The notes beneath the pieces are model-generated. The model ran no database searches and was not told where the DNA came from. It was given only the letters and a program-made list of their open reading frames with translations. Source: an uncultured Lachnospiraceae bacterium (GTDB taxonomy: Bacteria > Bacillota > Clostridia > Christensenellales > UBA1242). Taken from it: a DNA stretch of 64,000 nt. The stretch spans positions 9,986 through 73,985 of the forward strand of contig CAZZGZ010000001.1 of assembly GCA_964653635.1 (NCBI GenBank), written 5' to 3'. The position numbers and the translations under genes were made by a program. Positions 53,921 through 63,406 of this stretch are shown here, one piece after another (within the stretch, counting starts at the first letter, position 1; every line of letters starts with the position of its first letter).

Positions 53921-56761
53921 CTATGATTTCTTGTTTTTCTTGTCATAAAGTCTGATAAAAAATTTCTCTATTTCCATTATCGGTATAATTAGAATGGCAA
54001 AAGCAAGACATATTAGCCAATTTTGCCATGAAAGTGAACAAATTCCAAAAGCATTTTGTATTGACAATACCGGAATAGCAACTATTATAGATGCAAAAAT
54101 CACAGATCCTAAAAAACCAATAGTAAACCATTTGTTCTTGTGAAGTTTAGGGTTGAAAATACTCCTATGATCACTTTTTAAATTTATAGCATGGAAAAGT
54201 TCTACAAATGCAAGTGTCAAATAACTCATTGTAACTGCACTAACATGTGAAAGTTCCAAAACATATATTCCGAAAAAGTAAATACCAAGCACAATAACAA
54301 GTATAAAAAATGTTGCAAAAATTATGTTAAATCCAACACGACCAGAAAATAAACTTCCTCTATTTTTGTTTGGTTTTTGTTTCATTATATCATCCTCAGC
54401 ACCCTCAAGTCCTAATGCCAGTGCCACAAAAGTATCTGATACAAAATTAAGCCAAAGTAAAAGCGGGGCATTAAAAAACTCATTACCTGTCACAAAATTC
54501 ATTACTGTCAACAAAATAAGTTCTGCAAGAGAAGTACCAAATAGAAATTGTACTATTTTTAAAATATTTGCATATATCTTTCTTCCTTCTTCAACTGCTC
54601 CCACAATGGTAGCAAAATTATCATCAGTTAGGACAATATCTGCAACATTTTTTGTAACATCTGTACCAGTAATTCCCATTCCTACACCAATATCAGCTTG
54701 TTTTATAGATGGAGCGTCGTTAACTCCATCACCTGTCATCGCAACTATCTTCCCCTTACTTTGCAAGGCTTTAACAATTTTAACCTTGTGTTCAGGATTT
54801 ACTCTCGCATAAACACGATAAACATCAACAGCTTGCATAAATTCTGCATCATTCATCGCACTAAGTTCTGCTCCAGTTATAACTTCTTTTTCAGAGGTAG
54901 CAATTTTTAAATCCTTAGCAATAGCAAAGGCAGTATTTTTATGATCACCTGTTATCATAATTGTCGTAATACCTGCCTGCTTACATGTTTTAATGGCGGA
55001 GTATACTTCCTCTCTTGGCGGGTCAATCATGCCCGAAAGTCCTATAAAAACTAAGTCACTTTCAAGATCGTTTTTAGGTGTTTTTGGTATCTTATCTATC
55101 TCCTTGTAAGCATAGGCAAGAACACGTAATGCACGATTTCCTAGTTCTATGTTTTTATCATTTATAGAAATAATATCAGACTTTGTTAACTTTTTAACCT
55201 TCCCATCAACTAAAATCTTTGTACATCTTAATAGTAAATTATCAATAGCTCCCTTTGTATACATATAATATTTACCATCACACTCATGAAATGTCGACAT
55301 AAGTTTTCTATCACTATCAAAAGGTAACTCGGCAACACGTGGCATATTCCCATCGAGTTTCTCCTTATTGATTCCAAGTTTATAACCATAATGAACTAAA
55401 GCCGTTTCAGTGGGATCACCAATCGTAACAAGACTAAAACTTTCACCCTCAAATTGAACCTTTGTATCATTACATAATAGCATACAATTAAGGAGCATCG
55501 TTAAATTTTTATTCCCTTCAACTATATCAATCGCTTCAGTTATGTTTTTAGAAATTTCGAAATTTTCTTCAGAAATTTCATCTTTTTTTGCTAAAATTAC
55601 ATCAGTTTGTTCATTTTTAATATATTTATCTAATTTTTTGTAATTTTCATCAAAAGTAAAAATCTCTTTGACAGTCATCTTATTAAGAGTAAGAGTACCT
55701 GTCTTATCAGAGCAAATAATCTCTGTCGAACCAAGCGTTTCTACTGATGCTAATTTCTTAACTATTGCACGCTTTTTACTCATTCTACCAATGCCAAGTG
55801 CCATTGTAAGAGTCATACATGCAGGTAATCCTTCTGGTATCGCACAAACAGCAATAGCAATAGCCATTGTAAATGCGCTAACAAAATTACTCCATCCGCC
55901 TTGAATAATGTTGACCACCAAAAGAGCAAGCGACACAGCAACAACTAAAATAGTTATATATATATTTGTCTTTTTAATCTTTTTTGTAAGAGGAGTATCA
56001 TCTTCTTTTACTTCATCTAAGGTCTTTGCAATAAGCCCCATTTGAGTTTTCATGCCAGTTGCCACTACGATAGCCCTAGCTCTACCATATGTAACAGTAC
56101 TTCCCATGAATAACATATTGCTCTGATCCCCTAGAGGTACAATAGTTGATTGCTCACACTTTATTAGATTTTCATTTTTCTCAACTGGTACACTTTCACC
56201 GGTTAATGCACTTTCCTCAACTTTTAAACTAGCACTTTCTATAATTCTCATGTCTGCAGGTACTATATCTCCTGCCTCTAAAATGACAATATCACCAATA
56301 ACTAAGTCTTCAGTTTTTATTTTTTTAGTAATCCCTTGCCTAATAACTTTTGCATATGGCTTTGTCATTTCCTTCAATGCTTGCATTGATTTTTCAGATT
56401 TTAATTCCTGAACATAACCTATAACCGCATTTATAAGTACAACTATAAAAATTATACCACATTCGAAAAATTTAGAAACATCATTTTCAATACAACCAAC
56501 AACTATTGAAAACACACAGGCAAAAAGCAACACTATAATAAGCACATCATTAAACTGAGATAAGAATTTTAATATTTTAGGTTTTGGTTTCTTTTCCCTT
56601 AATACATTCTTACCAAATTTATCTAGTCGCTCCCTAACTGAGTATGTAGAGAGACCATTACCACTTGTATTATATTTTTCAAATAGCTTTTCTTTGGATA
56701 GTGAAATGTCATTTTCATTCACTTCGACATTTTCTTCTTCGTTTTGTTTGTCAAGTTCCAT
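53921..56761 (-). CDS. P-type ATPase, Ca2+-transporting (P2A/P2B-like)
   Basis: 946-aa ORF with TGES, the phosphorylation site CSDKTGTLT, MITGDH and TGDGVNDAPS. It has 10 TM segments, with PEGLP in M4. Confidence 0.85.
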   Translation of the reverse strand: MELDKQNEEENVEVNENDISLSKEKLFEKYNTSGNGLSTYSVRERLDKFGKNVLREKKPKPKILKFLSQFNDVLIIVLLFACVFSIVVGCIENDVSKFFECGIIFIVVLINAVIGYVQELKSEKSMQALKEMTKPYAKVIRQGITKKIKTEDLVIGDIVILEAGDIVPADMRIIESASLKVEESALTGESVPVEKNENLIKCEQSTIVPLGDQSNMLFMGSTVTYGRARAIVVATGMKTQMGLIAKTLDEVKEDDTPLTKKIKKTNIYITILVVAVSLALLVVNIIQGGWSNFVSAFTMAIAIAVCAIPEGLPACMTLTMALGIGRMSKKRAIVKKLASVETLGSTEIICSDKTGTLTLNKMTVKEIFTFDENYKKLDKYIKNEQTDVILAKKDEISEENFEISKNITEAIDIVEGNKNLTMLLNCMLLCNDTKVQFEGESFSLVTIGDPTETALVHYGYKLGINKEKLDGNMPRVAELPFDSDRKLMSTFHECDGKYYMYTKGAIDNLLLRCTKILVDGKVKKLTKSDIISINDKNIELGNRALRVLAYAYKEIDKIPKTPKNDLESDLVFIGLSGMIDPPREEVYSAIKTCKQAGITTIMITGDHKNTAFAIAKDLKIATSEKEVITGAELSAMNDAEFMQAVDVYRVYARVNPEHKVKIVKALQSKGKIVAMTGDGVNDAPSIKQADIGVGMGITGTDVTKNVADIVLTDDNFATIVGAVEEGRKIYANILKIVQFLFGTSLAELILLTVMNFVTGNEFFNAPLLLWLNFVSDTFVALALGLEGAEDDIMKQKPNKNRGSLFSGRVGFNIIFATFFILVIVLGIYFFGIYVLELSHVSAVTMSYLTLAFVELFHAINLKSDHRSIFNPKLHKNKWFTIGFLGSVIFASIIVAIPVLSIQNAFGICSLSWQNWLICLAFAILIIPIMEIEKFFIRLYDKKNKKS

Positions 56762-56794
56762 TCTTATATTTTAACATATAAATTTTTTTTTACA

Positions 56795-56860
56795 AACAAA
56801 AAAAGCATAAGATACACAATAAAATCACTAAAAATAAATATTTTGATTTTTCTTATGCTT
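56795..56860 (-). terminator. Terminator of the aspS-gatCAB operon (long hairpin plus U-tract)
   Basis: AAGCATAAG (56803-56811) / CTTATGCTT (56852-56860) form the outer stem, with an inner AAAATCA/TGATTTT stem. It is followed on the minus strand by TTTTTGTTT. Confidence 0.6.
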
Positions 56861-56870
56861 TAAATTATAT

Positions 56871-58301
56871 TTAATTTGCATTGGTGTAATGATTTATGGA
56901 TTTAAGTAAAATTTTTCTTGCAAGTTCTGCATTTGCTTGTCCATGTGACATCTTCATAATTTTTCCAACAAAAAAGTTAATCACTTTATTTGGATTCGTC
57001 GCATAGTCTTTAATTGCTTCTTGATTTTCTTTCAATACTGTGTTAACAAGCATACTAAGTGAATCTTCATCCGTTATTAAGGTTTCAAGTTTCAATAGCT
57101 GTGATTTTACATCTTTTGCTCCAAATTTACACTCATTAAGAATTTGCCTTGCCTTTACCAGTGTTATTTCTCCCATTTCAAGTTTTGAAATGATTGTTGC
57201 CAAATCTTCAACACTTATTATATCACATAAACTCACATCAACATCTTCTTTTATTATTTTTAAAAGGTCAGTGATGATAAAATTTGCCGCCAATTTAGGT
57301 GAAACTTTCAATTCAACCAAATTTTCAAAATATTTTGCATACTCTTTTTCTGATATAAGGATATTTGCATCATATTCTGAAAGTCCTAATCTCATAAATT
57401 TTTCTTTAAGTTCTAGTGGAAGAGGAGGAAGAGTGCATTTAATCTGCGATATCACTGTATCTCTAATATGAATAGGCGGTATGTCAGGGTCCTTAAAATA
57501 GCGATAATCTTGTGCTTCTTCCTTGGATCTCATGGCTAAACTTTTACCTCGATTATCATCCCATTTTCTAGTTTCCTGTCTTATTTTTTCACCGATTGAT
57601 AGAAGTTCTATTTGCCTGTTTGCTTCATATTTAATAGCTCTTTCTACCATCTTAAAAGAGTTTAAGTTTTTCATTTCTGTTCTAACGCCTAGCACGTTAC
57701 TACCTTTTGGTTTAACAGAAAGGTTAACATCACAACGCATGCCACCTTGTTCCATACGACAATCAGCCACCTCAGCAAAGATAAGTGTACGTCTCAATTT
57801 TGTCAAAAACTCCACAGCTTCATTAGCAGAGGAGATGTCTGGTTCAGTCACAATTTCGTCAAGCGGTACTCCGCCCCGATTATAATCAATATATGTTCCT
57901 ATTGTTTCACTTTTGTGAATCAACTTTCCAGCATCTTCTTCTAAATGTATCCTGTTCAATCTTATAAATTTTCCACTATCTAATCTTATTCCACCACCTA
58001 GACAAATCGGAGCAACAAGTTGAGAAATTTGATAAACTTTAGCAAGATCAGGATAAAAGTAGTTTTTTCTTTCAAAAACTGCAACCTCACTAATTTTACA
58101 ACCCAAGGCAAGCCCCGCTTTTATTGTTAGTTTAATAGCTTCTTTGTTAATAACTGGAAGAGCCCCCGGAAAGCCTACACACACAGGGCAACAATTCGTG
58201 TTAGGTTTATCACCAAAGCTATTTTTACAAGAACAAAATACTTTTGTCTTAGTCTTTAGTTCTGCATGTATTTCAAGCCCAATAACTACCTCATATTCCA
58301 T
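56871..58301 (-). CDS. gatB: Asp/Glu-tRNA amidotransferase subunit B
   Basis: 476-aa ORF. MEYEVVIGLEIHAELKTKTKVFCSC.. is the typical GatB N-terminus, and a C-terminal YqeY-like domain is present. Confidence 0.9.
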   Translation of the reverse strand: MEYEVVIGLEIHAELKTKTKVFCSCKNSFGDKPNTNCCPVCVGFPGALPVINKEAIKLTIKAGLALGCKISEVAVFERKNYFYPDLAKVYQISQLVAPICLGGGIRLDSGKFIRLNRIHLEEDAGKLIHKSETIGTYIDYNRGGVPLDEIVTEPDISSANEAVEFLTKLRRTLIFAEVADCRMEQGGMRCDVNLSVKPKGSNVLGVRTEMKNLNSFKMVERAIKYEANRQIELLSIGEKIRQETRKWDDNRGKSLAMRSKEEAQDYRYFKDPDIPPIHIRDTVISQIKCTLPPLPLELKEKFMRLGLSEYDANILISEKEYAKYFENLVELKVSPKLAANFIITDLLKIIKEDVDVSLCDIISVEDLATIISKLEMGEITLVKARQILNECKFGAKDVKSQLLKLETLITDEDSLSMLVNTVLKENQEAIKDYATNPNKVINFFVGKIMKMSHGQANAELARKILLKSINHYTNAN

Positions 58302-59730
58302 ACTTCATTCCCGCCTTAGTTTCAATAAATTTTGCAAGTGAATAAATCTTATCCTCGCACCCATAGTTTGACAAAAGTTGTAACCCAAGTGGAAGATTAT
58401 TTTTACCTTTAGCATAAGGCACACAAAGACATGGCAAAGAAGTAATATTTGCTGAAATAGTAAACAAGTCCTCAGCATACATAGCAACTGGATCATTAGT
58501 TTTTTCTCCCGCAAGAAATGCCTCACCAAAAGTAGCTGGAAATATTAAAATATCTACTTTTTGTAAAGCGGAAATAAATTCGTTCCTTATTAGTCGTTGA
58601 ACCTTTCTAGCTTTTTGATAATACGCATCAAAATACCCAGATGACAAAACGAAATTGCCTAACATTATTCGTCTTTTTACTTCAAGCCCAAATCCCTCAC
58701 TACGACTTTTGTAATATACATCATCAATATTTTGAGTTATTTCACTTCTATGAGTATATTTTACTCCATCAAATCTCCCTAAGTTCGAAGTTGCTTCTGC
58801 CGATGCCAAAATATAATAACTAGGTAAGCAATATTCATAATGCGGAATTGAAATTTTTTCAATTTTTATGCCATTTTTTGATAAAAAATCACAAATTTTA
58901 TCAAAATTTTCACAATTTTCTGAATTTTTTATTGTTTTTTCAAGTTCGGAAATCACTCCTACTCGCAAAGAACAAGCATCAATTTTATTGACTTTTTCAA
59001 TATTTATATCTGGGTTATCTATTGTTGTGTTATCATTTATATCTTTCCCTTGCATAATGGATAGCACCAAAATATTATCGTTTATATCTTTGGTAATTGG
59101 ACCTATTTGCTCCAAACTCGAAGCATATGCCACAGCTCCATATCTAGATACCGCTCCATAAGTGGGTTTAATTCCAAATACTCCATTATACGAGGATGGT
59201 TGACGAATAGACCCACCAGTGTCAGTACCTAAAGCGAATGCACACATATCAAGGGCAACTGCCACCGCAGAACCACCGCTTGAACCACCAGCAATTCTGT
59301 CATCATCAAAAGCGTTCTTCGTTCGACCATAAATGCTATGTTCTGTAGACGAACCCATGGCAAATTCATCCATGTTGCAACGACCTAAAACAATTACACC
59401 TTCATCCAAAAGTTTTGAAAGAGCGGTAGCCGTGTATATAGACTTGAAGTCTTTGAGAAAATTACTACCCGCACTCATATTATGCCCTTTAAAAAGAATG
59501 TTATCTTTGATCAAAATTGGAACACCAAACAATTTTCCTGCCGTCTTTCCTGCTTTTAATTTTTTGTCCATATCTTTTGCCACATCAATGGCATCTTCAA
59601 AGACTTCAATAACAGCATTCTTATCATGATATTTTTCGATTTGAGAAATGTAGTACAACACTGCCTCTTCACAACTAACCTTTTGTGCCTTTATCTTTTG
59701 GGCAAGTTCTATTGCAGTTAAGTTTTTCAT
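58291..59730 (-). CDS. gatA: Asp/Glu-tRNA amidotransferase subunit A
   Basis: The start is trimmed to ATG 59730, 1 nt after the gatC stop. It carries the amidase signature GGSSGGSAVAVA..GTDTGGSIRQP. Confidence 0.9.
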   Translation of the reverse strand: MKNLTAIELAQKIKAQKVSCEEAVLYYISQIEKYHDKNAVIEVFEDAIDVAKDMDKKLKAGKTAGKLFGVPILIKDNILFKGHNMSAGSNFLKDFKSIYTATALSKLLDEGVIVLGRCNMDEFAMGSSTEHSIYGRTKNAFDDDRIAGGSSGGSAVAVALDMCAFALGTDTGGSIRQPSSYNGVFGIKPTYGAVSRYGAVAYASSLEQIGPITKDINDNILVLSIMQGKDINDNTTIDNPDINIEKVNKIDACSLRVGVISELEKTIKNSENCENFDKICDFLSKNGIKIEKISIPHYEYCLPSYYILASAEATSNLGRFDGVKYTHRSEITQNIDDVYYKSRSEGFGLEVKRRIMLGNFVLSSGYFDAYYQKARKVQRLIRNEFISALQKVDILIFPATFGEAFLAGEKTNDPVAMYAEDLFTISANITSLPCLCVPYAKGKNNLPLGLQLLSNYGCEDKIYSLAKFIETKAGMKYGI

Positions 59731-59731
59731 A

Positions 59732-60016
59732 TTACTCCACCACCTTAGGTACATTAAAATAACCTTTTCGCTTCTTTGGTGAATTTTTTAAAATCGTTTC
59801 ACTTGAAAAACTTGGTTTAATTTCATCTTCACGCAATTTTTCTATGTCAACTACACCTTCTTCTTCCCACTTGTCGTCTGTTTGCACATCTTTGATTTTT
59901 TCAACAAATTTCAAAATATTCTCTATATCCTTCTGCATGATTAAAAATTCTTCTTCACTCAATTTTAAGTGTGAAAGTGTTGCAAGATGTTCTATTTGTT
60001 TTCTATCTATTTTCAT
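59732..60016 (-). CDS. gatC: Asp/Glu-tRNA amidotransferase subunit C
   Basis: 94-aa ORF. The IEHLATLSHLKLSEEE.. pattern is typical of GatC, and it sits immediately upstream of gatA. Confidence 0.85.
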   Translation of the reverse strand: MKIDRKQIEHLATLSHLKLSEEEFLIMQKDIENILKFVEKIKDVQTDDKWEEEGVVDIEKLREDEIKPSFSSETILKNSPKKRKGYFNVPKVVE

Positions 60017-60081
60017 ATTTAATTTCCAATTAATAAATAATTATATTATTACAAATATTGCCTTCTTATCTTATTGCATTG

Positions 60082-61374
60082 TTATGGAGTAAGCCTATCA
60101 GGACCACGGAAAATAAACATTGCCTCTCTCAAATTAGGTAAATCTAGCAGTAACATAATTATTCTGTCAAGCCCCATACCAAATCCACCATGAGGAGGAC
60201 ATCCATATTTAAAGAAGTCAATATAATTTTTTCTCAGTGTCTCTGGGTCGATTCCCTTTTCCTTTATTTGTTTTTCAAGAACATCGGCTCTGTGTTCACG
60301 TTGAGCTCCACTTGTAATTTCTACATCTTTAAAGTACAAGTCATACGTTCTCGAATAAATTGAACCATCACCTTTTTTCATAGAATAAAATGGTCTTACA
60401 CCATAAGGATATTCCTTTACGAAAAAGAATTGATGTCCTGTTTTTTTCATCATGTATGAGGTTAAAAGTTTTTCCGCTTCTCTATCAAGATCATCTCCCT
60501 CTTCTAATTCATAATTGCACTCATTTTTTAATATACTATAAGCTTCTTTCATAGTAATTCTTGGAAAAGGCAAGGTTGGTACTATAATATCAATATCGAG
60601 TTCATTTTTTATTCGGTCACCGAGTTTTTCCTTGACATATTTAATTCCAGCATGCAAAAGTTCCTCCTCTACTTTCATAACGTCTTCAACATCTTCAACA
60701 CCAGTAAATTCTAGATCAAATCCTGTAAATTCTGTTGCATGTTGTTTTGTATGAGAGTTTTCAGCTCGATAGACTGGAGTGTTTATAAATACCTTCTCAA
60801 AACCAGCAGCAATAGCCATCTGTTTATAAAATTGTGGACTTTGAATAAGGTATGCTTTACGATCAAAATATTTTACTTCAAAAACTCCCGCACCACTTTC
60901 GCTTTCATTTCCACTAAGTGTTGGACAATGAACTTCAATAAAGTCATTATTTATGCAATATTCTCTCATACCCATTGAGAGTGCTGTCTCAACTTCAAAT
61001 ATAAGCCTTTTTTTACTATCTCTAAGATCAATCCAACGATAATCAAGTCTTTGATCAATAGAACTTTCACCATCAATAGGAGATACCTCGGCACGACTTT
61101 CAACAGTTACTTTTTCTGGCAGAATCTCCTTACCACCCATCTTTACCCATTCATTATTTACACACTCACCTTCAACCGTTACATAGCAATCCGCTATTAA
61201 AGAAGAGAATACTTCAGCTATTTCTGGATGTTTTGCCTTTTCCACAGTAATTTGTATCTTACCACTTCTATCTTTCAAGATAATAAATTGCATGCTTTTT
61301 TGGTCACGCACCTTTTCTATCCAACCAGACACCTTAACAGTCCCTTCTTTTAAATTTTTGATTTCCGTTTTCAT
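60082..61374 (-). CDS. aspS: Aspartate--tRNA ligase, archaeal/compact type (likely non-discriminating, given linkage to gatCAB)
   Basis: 430-aa class IIb synthetase with an N-terminal OB fold (VSGWIEKVRDQKSMQFIILKDRSG). Motif 2 is FRAE-like (YRAENSHT) and motif 3 is GGFGMGLDRIIMLLL. The C-terminus is ..FRGPDRLTP. SD GGAGG is upstream. Confidence 0.8.
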   Translation of the reverse strand: MKTEIKNLKEGTVKVSGWIEKVRDQKSMQFIILKDRSGKIQITVEKAKHPEIAEVFSSLIADCYVTVEGECVNNEWVKMGGKEILPEKVTVESRAEVSPIDGESSIDQRLDYRWIDLRDSKKRLIFEVETALSMGMREYCINNDFIEVHCPTLSGNESESGAGVFEVKYFDRKAYLIQSPQFYKQMAIAAGFEKVFINTPVYRAENSHTKQHATEFTGFDLEFTGVEDVEDVMKVEEELLHAGIKYVKEKLGDRIKNELDIDIIVPTLPFPRITMKEAYSILKNECNYELEEGDDLDREAEKLLTSYMMKKTGHQFFFVKEYPYGVRPFYSMKKGDGSIYSRTYDLYFKDVEITSGAQREHRADVLEKQIKEKGIDPETLRKNYIDFFKYGCPPHGGFGMGLDRIIMLLLDLPNLREAMFIFRGPDRLTP

Positions 61375-61388
61375 AATTCCTCCATTTT

Positions 61389-61420
61389 AAAAAATAACCT
61401 TAGGTTTTTTGCCTAAGGTT
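61389..61420 (-). terminator. Intrinsic terminator inside the aspS 5' leader (attenuator candidate)
   Basis: On the minus strand: AACCTTAGG-caaaaaa-CCTAAGGTT followed by ATTTTTT. The U-tract ends 5 nt before the aspS SD. Confidence 0.7.
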
Positions 61421-61443
61421 AAACTTCATGACAACAAAACCCA

Positions 61444-61494
61444 CTATAGTGTGTTAAATAAGTTGTTATTGTCATTATTAATTTCAAAAATCAT
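61444..61494 (-). CDS. Candidate leader peptide MIFEINNDNNNLFNTL (Asn/Asp-rich)
   Basis: ATG ATT TTT GAA ATT AAT AAT GAC AAT AAC AAC TTA TTT AAC ACA CTA TAG, read directly from the minus strand. There is no SD. The ATG lies 6 nt downstream of the -10 box, so translation would have to be leaderless. Confidence 0.3.
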   Translation of the reverse strand: MIFEINNDNNNLFNTL

Positions 61495-61500
61495 ATTATG

Positions 61501-61530
61501 ATTATATAGAAATTTTAAACATAATGTCAA
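61501..61530 (-). promoter_or_regulatory. Near-consensus promoter of the aspS-gatCAB leader
   Basis: On the minus strand: TTGACA (61530-61525), an 18-nt spacer, TATAAT (61506-61501). Confidence 0.6.
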
Positions 61531-61706
61531 GTATTTTGACAATTTTTTAAGATTATTTCTTATTTATTTTATTATCGGAAGTTGGGGCAAGTAAAACGAA
61601 GTCACATTTGCCAGCAACTGATGTTTATCCAAACGAGGGAATGCTTGGATTTATCGAGCGAAATGCGAAAGCAATTCAAATTTAAACTTGATTTACTTTT
61701 GATTTG

Positions 61707-62324
61707 TCATATTATAAAGATTAATTTGCCTTGGAAGAGTAGTAATAAAATAACTTCAATCATATCAATAACTAAAATTGCTACTAAACAAAACAAAAGG
61801 GATTGCAAAAATGGGAAATTTGTTCCATAGACTCTACATTCACAAAAACTTTTGGCAGTTATACAAAAATAAAGCGAAATTATAAAAAGGGTAATAATTT
61901 GACATGGTAAAACCACAAAAATTGCAACAAATACTCCTGTCAATCCATAAAGCAAAAGCAACATCACAAAATTGACACCAAACAAATAAGCTCTATATGC
62001 AATAAGAGCATATCCAAACACAGAAAGCCATCTAACCTTTGCACATAATGTTAATACTCCAATAATAAATACGAGTGAAAAAAATCGAGTAAAAAACACA
62101 GAAACAGAACCCATCGTTCCTGTTTCAAATGGTGAGAGTAATTTTTCGCATAAATATTCAATCGTCCCAATGCTATAAGCTTTAATTGCTAAAAAAATAC
62201 CAGTTAAAAAACCCAAGACAATAAAGAAAGAAATAAGCAATATTCTTAATTTATTAGATCTAAAATTGTCTTTTATTGCAAAACGAATATTATCAATTAT
62301 TACGCCTATTTTATGTCTTGCCAT
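61707..62324 (-). CDS. Polytopic membrane protein, SpoIIM-like
   Basis: 205-aa ORF with 5-6 TM segments. Its size, topology and the segment VVLPCQIITLFIISLYFCITA are reminiscent of B. subtilis SpoIIM (VLPQNLLLIPAYLIVGTCAIA). The similarity is weak and judged by eye. Confidence 0.4.
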   Translation of the reverse strand: MARHKIGVIIDNIRFAIKDNFRSNKLRILLISFFIVLGFLTGIFLAIKAYSIGTIEYLCEKLLSPFETGTMGSVSVFFTRFFSLVFIIGVLTLCAKVRWLSVFGYALIAYRAYLFGVNFVMLLLLYGLTGVFVAIFVVLPCQIITLFIISLYFCITAKSFCECRVYGTNFPFLQSLLFCLVAILVIDMIEVILLLLFQGKLIFII

Positions 62325-62441
62325 GTGAAATTATATGTTATATAAACATGTTTTATGATTTTTTAAATCACACATTATCTGCTCTTATTCTTACATTTAG
62401 AAAAATAACAACAAAATCTTAGTACACGCATATACATAGAT

Positions 62442-63092
62442 ATGATAAGACGATATAGAAAACGTGGGTTATGGCATGGGCTAAAAGTTTTTCTTTTTGT
62501 CTTAATTTTTTTACTTATTATAGTTATTCTATATGTCTATACAATAGTAACTCCACTTGTTCTTAAAGTAACAAATCAAACCGTTTCAACTGTATTTATG
62601 CAAGCGATTAATGATTCAGTGTTAGAAACTCTTAACGAAGATGGTGTAACATATTCTGATTTTGTCGATGTATCGACTGATACCGAAGGAAATATAACTT
62701 CAATCGAATTAAAAACTTATACTCTTAACCTATTCGTTGCAGAAATCACAAAGTTCTCACAAGAAAAAATAAATTCACTTTGCATGCTAGGAACAGATGT
62801 CCCATTAGGGGCATTCACAGGTATATCATTTTTATCAGACTCTGGTCCACAAATTAAAATAAAAATGCTACCTTTAGGTTCAGTAAGCACGCAGGTCAAC
62901 TCTTATTTTGAGTCTGTCGGTATAAATCAAACTTCACACACTGTTCTTCTATCAATATCTGCATCAATAACAATAATTTTACCTCTCTATGCACACAACA
63001 TGCTTATATCTTCAGATGTCATAATAGCAGAAAGTATAATAGTCGGCAAGGTACCAAGCATATATTTAAGTGGTATAAATCTTACACCATGA
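62442..63092 (+). CDS. yunB: Sporulation protein YunB
   Basis: 216-aa ORF with an N-terminal TM. The pattern ..VPLGAFTGISFLSDSGPQIKIKMLPLGSV..SYFESVGINQTSH..IIAESIIVGKVPSIYL is typical of the YunB family. Confidence 0.75.
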   Translation: MIRRYRKRGLWHGLKVFLFVLIFLLIIVILYVYTIVTPLVLKVTNQTVSTVFMQAINDSVLETLNEDGVTYSDFVDVSTDTEGNITSIELKTYTLNLFVAEITKFSQEKINSLCMLGTDVPLGAFTGISFLSDSGPQIKIKMLPLGSVSTQVNSYFESVGINQTSHTVLLSISASITIILPLYAHNMLISSDVIIAESIIVGKVPSIYLSGINLTP

Positions 63093-63095
63093 CAT

Positions 63096-63332
63096 TTAAG
63101 AATTAATGTATCGAAAGGGTTTTACACGACTTGCTTGCATTTCGGCAGTAAATATCATTTTATCCCCCTGCTTTTTATAACGAACAACCACATTTCCCTC
63201 AAGCTGAAGATAATCACGGCAAACAGACAAAATTTCTCCAGCTAAAATGTTGGCAGTAGAATCAAGATCAAAAAATTTTTCTCCCTCTAGTACTTGTGTA
63301 AGTCTATCACTCGCAGAAATTTTATGCTCCAA
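63096..63332 (-). CDS. minE: Cell division topological specificity factor MinE (divergent)
   Basis: 78-aa ORF immediately downstream of minD. SASDRLTQVL..ILAGEILSVCRDYLQLEGNVVV follows the MinE pattern SAkeRLq.il..r...l..eil.vi.kYv.i. Confidence 0.55.
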   Translation of the reverse strand: MEHKISASDRLTQVLEGEKFFDLDSTANILAGEILSVCRDYLQLEGNVVVRYKKQGDKMIFTAEMQASRVKPFRYINS

Positions 63333-63406
63333 AATATTCTCCTTTTATAGAAAATTAAATATTCTTTTGTGAGTTTTTTAAGATTGATGTACGATAAATT
63401 TAATTT

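Noticed and set aside
54324-55904. Plus-strand ORFs antisense to the P-type ATPase (54324..54812, 54698..54910, 55668..55904)
   Set aside because: These are shadow ORFs inside a CDS that carries all the P-type ATPase signature motifs.
57040-57944. Plus-strand ORFs antisense to gatB (57040..57471, 57523..57885, 57747..57944)
   Set aside because: These are shadow ORFs opposite a well-supported CDS, with Ser/Leu/Ile-rich composition.
61375-61700. T-box riboswitch upstream of aspS
   Set aside because: A strong promoter at 61501-61530 leaves only a ~120-nt leader, too short for a T-box. The sequence AGTGGGTTTTG only superficially resembles the T-box core GGGTGGTACCGCG. I could not draw a Stem I/specifier-loop architecture or an antiterminator bulge.
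61582-61830. Plus-strand 82-aa ORF
   Set aside because: It starts in the structured spacer, runs antisense into the SpoIIM-like membrane-protein gene, and has no SD.
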